Positions 56,920 to 64,000 of a DNA stretch of 64,000 nt are shown piece by piece (position 1 is the stretch's first letter; every line of letters starts with the position of its first letter). The stretch comes from Polyangiaceae bacterium (GTDB taxonomy: Bacteria; Myxococcota_A; Polyangia; Polyangiales; Polyangiaceae): the NCBI GenBank assembly GCA_044376115.1, contig JBILLK010000021.1, forward strand, positions 64,001 through 128,000, given 5' to 3'. Below the pieces are notes generated by a model. That model made no database searches. It saw only the letters and a list, made by a program, of their open reading frames with translations, and had not been told where the DNA came from. Position numbers and translations under genes: made by a program.

Positions 56920-58107
56920 ATGCGTCCCGTAACCGCTCTCGCTCTGCTCGCCGCTCTCAGCGTTCCATCGTTGGCTCTCGCCGAGGACGTTCGGGTCTTC
57001 ATCCTGGCCGGCCAGTCAAACGCGGTGGGTTACGGCGAAGGGGCGGATCTCCCGGCCGCCTTGGCGAACCAAACCGACGTTCTTTACGACTTCTTCAACC
57101 CCGCTTCGCGCAGCGACCCCGACTACGCGAACACGGCATCGCTCGATTGGGAGCCGCTCACCCCCAAGGGCATCGGCCAGTGGTACGGCCCCGAGATCAC
57201 CTTCGCGGATCAGATCAAGGCCGCCCTTCCGGATCGGCGCACGGCGATCGTCAAGGTGGCGGCGGGCGGTACCAACATCAAAGAACATTGGGAGCGCGGC
57301 CTGCCTTCGGATCAGAAGTATCCCGACAAGTCACAGCTCTTTCACTCGCTGATGGGCACGCTGGATTCGGCGGAATACTCCGAGGCCAACGGCAACCCGC
57401 TGCTCTACGCCGCAGAGCCAACCCGCTTGGACAACGCGCTCAATCGCCTAGAGACGCGCGGCGACAACGTCGAGTTCGGCTGCTTCCTTTGGGTGCAAGG
57501 CGAGAATGAAGCCGGCTGGAATGCAGCCTTCACCTACGAAGAAAAGCTCACCGGGTTGATCGCTGCGCTGCGTGAAGATTTGGGTACGCCCGAGCTTCCG
57601 TTCATCCTCGGACGGACCGCCTTGCAGCAAGGGCAGGCCCAAGGTGGCCCTTCACCCGATGCAAACTTGGCGGCCGTGCGAGCTGCACAAGAGGCGGTCG
57701 CTGCGGCCGACCCGTTCGTCGAATGGGTGGATATGGATGACCTACCCGGCGCAGGAGATAGCTACCACTTCGCGACCGAGGGCTATCAGCTCCTGGGCGA
57801 GCGAATGGCCACCGCCTGCGCCGATTTGGTGCAGCCGGGCTCCGGTGGCTCGGGCTCCGGTGGCTCGGGTGCAGGCGGTGAAGGTGGCGCGGCGAGCGGC
57901 GGAGCGAATGCTGGCGGTGCAGAATCGGGCGGAGGCGGTTCTGACGCGACAGGGCCCGCAAGCTCAACCAGCAGTGGCGGTAACAGTGACAGCAGCGATG
58001 ACGGTGGTTGCTCGCATTCGGGGCGGCCAGCGTCATCGCACTTCTTGCTCGCGGTGGTCGGCCTTTTGGGCGTACTTGGACTTCGCCGACATTCGACGCG
58101 CCGATAG
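56920..58107 (+). CDS. SGNH/sialate O-acetylesterase (SASA/CE6-like) with MYXO-CTERM-like anchor
   Basis: ILAGQSNA, GPE..F, WVQGE, D.YHF; Gly/Ser linker, GGC + TM + RR tail. Confidence 0.85.
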   Translation: MRPVTALALLAALSVPSLALAEDVRVFILAGQSNAVGYGEGADLPAALANQTDVLYDFFNPASRSDPDYANTASLDWEPLTPKGIGQWYGPEITFADQIKAALPDRRTAIVKVAAGGTNIKEHWERGLPSDQKYPDKSQLFHSLMGTLDSAEYSEANGNPLLYAAEPTRLDNALNRLETRGDNVEFGCFLWVQGENEAGWNAAFTYEEKLTGLIAALREDLGTPELPFILGRTALQQGQAQGGPSPDANLAAVRAAQEAVAAADPFVEWVDMDDLPGAGDSYHFATEGYQLLGERMATACADLVQPGSGGSGSGGSGAGGEGGAASGGANAGGAESGGGGSDATGPASSTSSGGNSDSSDDGGCSHSGRPASSHFLLAVVGLLGVLGLRRHSTRR

Positions 58108-58167
58108 GCGGCCCTCCCCAGCGAAAGCCGTAGCCGGGCTCAGCGACCGGCGGTACAAACCGCCGCT

Positions 58168-60135
58168 ATGAACACGGATGACTCGGGCGGGCATGAGAGC
58201 GGCCACCACCACGGTCCGCTGCTACCCATGTCGCTCGCGGCGCTGGGCGTCGTCTACGGCGACATTGGTACCAGCCCGCTCTATGCGATGAAGGAGTGCG
58301 TGCACGGCCCGCATGCCGTGGCGGCTACGCCGGAGAACGTGCTCGGCCTTCTGTCGCTGATGATTTGGTCGATCACCTTGGTGGTCAGCCTGAAGTACCT
58401 GGTGTTCGTCACGCGCGCGAGCAACCAAGGGGAAGGCGGCGGCCTGGCGATGTTGGCCTTGCTCCAGAGCGTGCTCGCGAAGCCGAAGGTCGCTGGGGCC
58501 ATCGGCATCATCCCGGGCATCATCGTCTTCGGGGCGTGCCTGCTTTACGGCGAGGGCATCCTCACGCCGGCCATCAGCGTGCTCTCGGCGGTCGAGGGCT
58601 TGGGTGTGGCAACGCACACCTTGGATCCGGCGATCGTGCCGATCACGGTGGTGATCCTGATCGGGCTCTTTTGGGTGCAGAAGCGCGGGACCGCAACGAT
58701 CGGCAAAGTGTTCGGGCCGATCATGGTGGTCTGGTTCGTCACGCTGGCCGTGTTGGGCGGCATCTCGATCGCGAAGTATCCGCAGGTCTTCGCCGCGGCC
58801 AACCCGGCCCACGCCGTTCGCTTCTTCGCCGCCAATGGCTGGCACGGCTTCGTGATCCTCGGTTCGGTGGTGTTGTGCATAACCGGCGGTGAAGCGCTCT
58901 ACGCCGATATGGGGCACTTCGGCCGCAAGCCGATCCAAGTGGCTTGGTTCGCGTTGGCGATGCCGGCGCTGCTCATCAACTACCTCGGGCAAGGCGCGCT
59001 GATCATCACCCACCAAGACGACGTAGCGGCGGTCACCAAGAACCCGTTCTATTCGCTGGTGCCCGATGGGCCGTTCATCTACCCGATGGTGGCGCTCTCC
59101 ACCGCAGCCACGGTGATCGCTTCGCAGGCGCTCATTTCCGGCGCTTACTCGCTCACGCGGCAAGCGGTGCAGCTCGGATTTTTACCGCGTATTCCCATCC
59201 GCCATACCTCGAGCCAAGCCGAAGGTCAGATCTACATCTCCTTCATCAACTTTGCTTTGGCAGTGGGCTGCTTGGCGTTGGTGTTGGCCTTCCGTGACTC
59301 CTCCAAGCTCGCTGGGGCGTACGGCATCTCGGTAATGGGAACGATGGCGATCACGTCCACCGCCTTCTTCATCGTGTGCATCAAACGTTGGAAATGGCCG
59401 TTGGTGAAGGCGCTACCGCTCTATCTGTTGTTCCTCTCGGTGGACCTGGCCTTCTTGAGCTCCAACATGCTCAAGCTCTTCGATGGCGGCTTCGTGCCGC
59501 TGATGATCGCCCTCGCCATCTTCTCGATCATGGTGGTGTGGAAGCGCGGTCGCAGTTTGTTGGCCGCCTACTTCGTTCGCGCGTCCAAGCCGCTCGATGA
59601 GTTCCTGAACGGTCTACGCGAGGGCATCTTCCGCGCGGTGGTGCCCGGCAGCAGCAACGAGCGGGTGATCAAGCTGGCGCGGGTCGAGGGCGTCGCTGTG
59701 TTTCTCACCAGCAACCCGGCGGGTACTCCGCCCTTGTTGATGCACCACTCGAGACACAACAAGGCGCTGCATGAAAAGGTGCTGCTGGTAACGGTGGTCA
59801 ATCAATCGGTGCCGCGCGTGAGCGGCAAGCGGGTCGAGACCGAGAAGCTCGAGGCTGGCTTTTACCGCATCCGCATCAACGTCGGCTTCATGGAGACACC
59901 GGACGTTCCGCAGGCCTTGCGCGCGGCCAAGCCGGAGCTCGACTTCGAATGCAACGTCGACGACGTCACCTACTACCTCGGTCGAGAGACCTTGCTCGCC
60001 ACCGAACACGGGCAGATGGGCAAACGCTCCGAACAGCTGTTCGCCTTCCTCACCCGCAACTCGCAACAAGCCTCCAGCTTCTTCGGTATCCCGGCCTCGC
60101 GCGTGGTCGAGATCGGGATGTCGGTGGACTTGTAA
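58168..60135 (+). CDS. kup: KUP/HAK/KT potassium uptake transporter
   Basis: GVVYGDIGTSPLY, LTPAISVLSAVEG, TGGEALYADMGHFG, GQIYI, GFME.PDVP. Confidence 0.97.
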   Translation: MNTDDSGGHESGHHHGPLLPMSLAALGVVYGDIGTSPLYAMKECVHGPHAVAATPENVLGLLSLMIWSITLVVSLKYLVFVTRASNQGEGGGLAMLALLQSVLAKPKVAGAIGIIPGIIVFGACLLYGEGILTPAISVLSAVEGLGVATHTLDPAIVPITVVILIGLFWVQKRGTATIGKVFGPIMVVWFVTLAVLGGISIAKYPQVFAAANPAHAVRFFAANGWHGFVILGSVVLCITGGEALYADMGHFGRKPIQVAWFALAMPALLINYLGQGALIITHQDDVAAVTKNPFYSLVPDGPFIYPMVALSTAATVIASQALISGAYSLTRQAVQLGFLPRIPIRHTSSQAEGQIYISFINFALAVGCLALVLAFRDSSKLAGAYGISVMGTMAITSTAFFIVCIKRWKWPLVKALPLYLLFLSVDLAFLSSNMLKLFDGGFVPLMIALAIFSIMVVWKRGRSLLAAYFVRASKPLDEFLNGLREGIFRAVVPGSSNERVIKLARVEGVAVFLTSNPAGTPPLLMHHSRHNKALHEKVLLVTVVNQSVPRVSGKRVETEKLEAGFYRIRINVGFMETPDVPQALRAAKPELDFECNVDDVTYYLGRETLLATEHGQMGKRSEQLFAFLTRNSQQASSFFGIPASRVVEIGMSVDL

Positions 60136-60160
60136 GCGGCCGCAGGCTCGCGCGGTCTGT

Positions 60161-61054
60161 CTACTTGCTGTCGAAGCCGAGGAAGAACGTCGGCAGCACC
60201 CCAGCGGCCAGGCCATCGGCGACCAGCGTTCTATCGGTGTCGGTGCGCACCACTCGGAAGCTTTGACCAACCAACACGCTCGCGTCGACGCCGAAGGTGA
60301 ACTGCCTCCGCCTGCGGGGCGACTCGGAGCCGAAGCCGACGCCGAGCCTGAGCCGCGCCCCAGGCAGCAAGCCCGCAAACACGCTGGCGTCGGAGGTCTC
60401 TTTGTAGCCCTCGATATAGGTCGACTCCTGGACGATCGCCCCGAACGCTAACTGCGGACCGACGGCGACGAACAGCGTGTCGAAGAACGTGGCCTCGCCC
60501 ATCAGGTTCACGTAGCCAAGTCCGCCAAACGAGCTCTCGAAGGAAGCGTCTTGCGAGTCCAGGTACACCTGGCTGAAGCCGAACATCACGCCGGCGCTGA
60601 AGTAGCCCGCGAGCAGATCGTTGGCTTGAAAGCCGGACCGCCCTTCGAGTCCGAACATGTACACCGGCCCCGGCGCGAAGATGCTCGCCGTGGCTGAGAC
60701 GCCCGAACGAAAACGCGGCGCGAACTCCCAGTCTTGGTCGAGGGCGGACGGCGGACTCGAGCGAGGGAGGTCGGGCCCCCACTCTTCGTCCTCATCGTCT
60801 TCGTCCTCGTCTTCCGCTTCGTTGGCGGCTTTCGCCTTCGGCCTCGGTTTGGCTTTCTCGGCGGGTGCGCCGTTCTCCCCAGACGGCGTAGTCGCAGCGT
60901 CAGGCGGGGTGGCCGGAGCCACGGGCGCGGTGGCCGGAGCTGCGGGCGGAGTGGCCGGAGCCGCCGGCGGAGTGGGAGCCGGGGCCTCCTGGGCGTGAAC
61001 CAACGCAGGCGCAGCCAAGAGAGCGATGACGCAGAACCAGCGATGAGCCTTCAC
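60161..61054 (-). CDS. Secreted/outer-membrane beta-rich protein
   Basis: Signal peptide, Pro/Ala and acidic linker, beta strands ending LGFDSK. Confidence 0.65.
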   Translation of the reverse strand: MKAHRWFCVIALLAAPALVHAQEAPAPTPPAAPATPPAAPATAPVAPATPPDAATTPSGENGAPAEKAKPRPKAKAANEAEDEDEDDEDEEWGPDLPRSSPPSALDQDWEFAPRFRSGVSATASIFAPGPVYMFGLEGRSGFQANDLLAGYFSAGVMFGFSQVYLDSQDASFESSFGGLGYVNLMGEATFFDTLFVAVGPQLAFGAIVQESTYIEGYKETSDASVFAGLLPGARLRLGVGFGSESPRRRRQFTFGVDASVLVGQSFRVVRTDTDRTLVADGLAAGVLPTFFLGFDSK

Positions 61055-61218
61055 CTTCGGTCACTCCTTGCGTCCCCTCCGAACGTGGCTTCGCTCGGGC
61101 TGCGCATGCCTTCGTGATACCCAGGCTAAGGCGTTGAGGTTCCCGTCGGAAGCGTGCTCACGATTCAGCGCCGCGTAGCACCGCCCTGCGCTTGCTGCGC
61201 TGGGCTACCATCGGGAAC

Positions 61219-61773
61219 ATGAAGGCCAGCGCTTTCTACGGGCCTTTGCGGCTCATCGGGTACACGGCCATGCTCTCTGGCTGCAGCTACGGCGTGAGGG
61301 GTGGGCCAACCACGGTGCTCAACACCGCAGGAGTTGCATCGGTCGGCGGGGGTGTGACGGCGGGTTTCGGTCTCGCCGACGACCACGGGGAGCTGCAAGG
61401 CCTTCATGTCACTGCCAGCCTGTACAACCTCGGCTACGATCTCGTGGGGAAGGGGCTTGCGGGGCTCGGAGGCGCGGGCTTCGAATACTTTTACCAACCA
61501 CTTGGTAGTCACCCGTTTGGCTTTCGCGCGGGACTCGAGACCGGACTTGGAGCGACGCCGCAATTCCCGTTTGGCCTCATCGGAGCCTCGGCCGGCGCAC
61601 GCTACGCCTTCGTCGACGGAAACGAGTTTCCATTCGTCGATCTTGGCGGCTCGATCGGCCCCGGGATCGGCATGGATGGTGAGGCGGGAAGGTCCTCCCC
61701 GTGGGGACTTGCCGGCACGCTCAACCTTTCGATCGGTTGGCTCCACGTCGACCACATCGACATGAAGCTCTGA
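61219..61773 (+). CDS. Hypothetical Gly-rich lipoprotein/outer-membrane protein
   Basis: LSGC lipobox; TACCAT 7 nt upstream of ATG. Confidence 0.55.
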   Translation: MKASAFYGPLRLIGYTAMLSGCSYGVRGGPTTVLNTAGVASVGGGVTAGFGLADDHGELQGLHVTASLYNLGYDLVGKGLAGLGGAGFEYFYQPLGSHPFGFRAGLETGLGATPQFPFGLIGASAGARYAFVDGNEFPFVDLGGSIGPGIGMDGEAGRSSPWGLAGTLNLSIGWLHVDHIDMKL

Positions 61774-61804
61774 CGTGCGGACTGCCAATCGACGCGATCG
61801 TCGC

Positions 61805-63361
61805 TCAGGCGAGCGGCCCGACAGCGGCCTCGACGGCACGGCGCACCTCGCCAGCGACCACGTGGCGCGCGAGCGCTTCGAAGTCGAGGTAAAGCGGCCG
61901 ATCCTCCTCCAAGCTCTTCACCACCTCGCGCACCGAAGCGAACGCCGCTTCGATCGCCTTGGCGGCCTGCAGCGGCCTGCGCAACTCCACGCCAGCGCAG
62001 GCGACCATCAGCTCGATCGAGAGCACGTTCTCGGTGTTGCGCACCACCTCGGCGAGCTTCTTGGCGCTGATGCTCCCCATGCTGACGTGATCTTCACGAC
62101 CGGCGCTCGAAGGGATCGAGTCGACGCTGGCGGGGTGACACAGCACCTTGTTTTCGCTGACCAGCGAGGCCGAGGTGACCTGCGCGATCATGAAGCCCGA
62201 ATGCAGCCCGCTGTTTTTTGCGAGGAAGGGCGGCAAGCCGCTGGAGAGGGCCGGGTTGACCAGCTGCTCGACCCGACGCTCGGAGATATTGCACAGCTCA
62301 GCGCAAGCGATGGCCGCCAGATCCAACGCCAGCGCAACCGGCTGCCCGTGAAAGTTACCGCCGGAAACCAGCTCCAACGCACCGTCTTGATCGAATAGGA
62401 CGGTGGGGTTGTCGGTCACGCTGTTGACCTCCACGCGCAGCACCTCGGCCGCATACGCGAGTGCATCACGCGTGGCGCCGTGCACCTGCGGCATGCAACG
62501 CAAGGAGTACGGGTCTTGGACTTTGCCGCAGTCTTTGTGGCTCGCCATCAGCGGGCTGTCGGCTAGGAGCTGGCGCAGATTGGAGGCGACAGCCGCTTGC
62601 CCCGGATGCGGCCGCAATTGCATCAGCCGTGCGTCGAACGGCGTCTTGGTGCCTTTGAGCGCCTCCAGGCTGGTCGCTCCGCAAATGTCCGCCATGGTCG
62701 CGAGCTCCTGCGCGCGCACCACCGCTAACGCGCCGAGCGCGGTCATGTATTGCGTGCCGTTGATCAGCGCGAGGCCCTCCTTGGCAGCGAACACCACCGG
62801 CTCGAGCCCTGCGCGCTGCAACGCGCCCAAGCTCGGCTCGGTCTTCCCGTCTGCGGTCAGCACCTCGCCTTCGCCCATCAGCGCCAGCGCCAAATGCGCG
62901 AGCGGCGCAAGATCCCCCGAAGCACCGACGCTGCCTTGCGAAGGCACGCGCGGAACGACGTCGGCGTTGAGCATCGCCACCAGCAGATCCACCACCAGCG
63001 GCCGTACGCCGGAACAACCGAGCGCCACCACCTGCGCGCGCAGCACCATCATCGCGCGGACCTCGGCGCGTCCGAGGTTGGGCCCGACGCCGCAAGCGTG
63101 ACTGCGCACCAAGTTCTTTTGCAACGCGGTGATGTCCGCTTGCGAGATGCGCGTCTCGGCCAGCGCGCCGAAGCCGGTGTTCACACCGTAAACGAAGGGC
63201 CCGGCGTCGCCGGCTCGAACGATCTCCTCGATCGCCTCGCGCGAGGTTTGAACGCGCGCCCGCGCTTCATCACACAACTGCACGGGGCGTAGACCTCGCG
63301 CAACGTCAACGAGGTCTCGAAGGGAAAGCGGCTTGCCGATCGTAACGGGCTGAGCGTTCAT
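61805..63361 (-). CDS. hutH: Histidine ammonia-lyase
   Basis: YGVNTGFG, GSVGASGDLAPL (MIO), KEGLALINGT, VQDPYSLRC, GGNFHG, EDHVSMG. Confidence 0.96.
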   Translation of the reverse strand: MNAQPVTIGKPLSLRDLVDVARGLRPVQLCDEARARVQTSREAIEEIVRAGDAGPFVYGVNTGFGALAETRISQADITALQKNLVRSHACGVGPNLGRAEVRAMMVLRAQVVALGCSGVRPLVVDLLVAMLNADVVPRVPSQGSVGASGDLAPLAHLALALMGEGEVLTADGKTEPSLGALQRAGLEPVVFAAKEGLALINGTQYMTALGALAVVRAQELATMADICGATSLEALKGTKTPFDARLMQLRPHPGQAAVASNLRQLLADSPLMASHKDCGKVQDPYSLRCMPQVHGATRDALAYAAEVLRVEVNSVTDNPTVLFDQDGALELVSGGNFHGQPVALALDLAAIACAELCNISERRVEQLVNPALSSGLPPFLAKNSGLHSGFMIAQVTSASLVSENKVLCHPASVDSIPSSAGREDHVSMGSISAKKLAEVVRNTENVLSIELMVACAGVELRRPLQAAKAIEAAFASVREVVKSLEEDRPLYLDFEALARHVVAGEVRRAVEAAVGPLA

Positions 63362-63496
63362 CGGGCCCAGCAAAGGTTAACTAGCGCGAGCGGTCAACAC
63401 GTCGAAGTGACCGGCTTGCTGCCAAGTTTGCTGGTCCATCTTTTTCGTTCGATCACGGCTTACAGCGGGGCGGGATCCGGCTAGCAATGGATCCCC

Positions 63497-63838
63497 TTGT
63501 TGAGCCGACGCGAGGATCCATTTCCGTTCGAGGCCGTGCGCGACCTCTTGGGGATCGTTCGTGCGATCTACGCAGCGGCTCGGGTTCGGCAGGCCGGCCG
63601 GGTTGAACTCCAACGCATCGCGGCCGTTGGGCGCGACCTGTCCGAGGCGCTCGAGCTAGCGGTCAGTTCCAGGCCCGATACAGTGGGGTATCGCGCAGCG
63701 TGGACGCGAGCCGAGATGGGCACGCGCAAAGCGGCCGAGCTCGTGGACGCGCTCACGCCCGCCGAGCCGCTCCTCAACGCAGCGCTCGGTCGCGTCACCG
63801 GCACCCGCGCGAGGAAGCGCAAGTCCGAGTCACGCTGA
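63497..63838 (+). CDS. Hypothetical helical protein
   Basis: 113-aa ORF divergent from hutH. Confidence 0.55.
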   Translation: MLSRREDPFPFEAVRDLLGIVRAIYAAARVRQAGRVELQRIAAVGRDLSEALELAVSSRPDTVGYRAAWTRAEMGTRKAAELVDALTPAEPLLNAALGRVTGTRARKRKSESR

Positions 63839-63884
63839 ACCTCGCGCGGTAGACGCGCGACGCGAGCTAAGGCACCTTCGCTCG

Positions 63885-64000
63885 ATGAACGTAAAGTCAT
63901 CGATCGCGGTTGTCCTCATCGTCGCAGGCTGCGGGGACGACGCGAGCTCGACCACCGGAGCGGGCGGCGGAACGGGTGGCGCCACGACCTCGACTTCCTC
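63885..64000 (+). CDS. Lipoprotein, 5' partial
   Basis: MNVKSSIAVVLIVAGCGDD then Gly/Thr linker, runs off the window. Confidence 0.6.
   Translation, partial: MNVKSSIAVVLIVAGCGDDASSTTGAGGGTGGATTSTS

Overview
High-GC, gene-dense window that looks like a myxobacterial (Polyangiaceae/Sorangiineae-like) chromosome segment. It has many Gly/Cys-rich lipoproteins, Hanks kinases, an FHA-sigma54 activator and a MYXO-CTERM-like protein, plus housekeeping genes (surA-like, kup, hutH). I saw no rRNA, tRNA, CRISPR array or transposase. The most striking region is about 1.5-20.3 kb. It contains (i) a degenerate PAAR-like domain fused to a mycobacteriophage Lysin B-like esterase, followed by two DUF1795/DcrB-like adaptors; (ii) a CHAP plus 7-bladed Trp-rich propeller lipoprotein immediately followed by a DUF4185 (GH183 D-arabinanase-like) lipoprotein; (iii) an orphan vgrG; and (iv) a second propeller protein with a lysozyme-like head. 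Units (i)-(iii) each have a sigma54 -24/-12 box and the same upstream palindrome TTGTGTA-N5-TWCNCAA, 77-88 bp upstream. This suggests a co-regulated predation arsenal against the mycolate-arabinogalactan-peptidoglycan envelope of Mycobacteriales, which is an untested inference. Other signals are pervasive leaderless promoter architecture (sigma70 and apparently sigma54), single genes bracketed by duplicated sequence, and several gene remnants. All family calls come from motif recognition by eye, not database searches.
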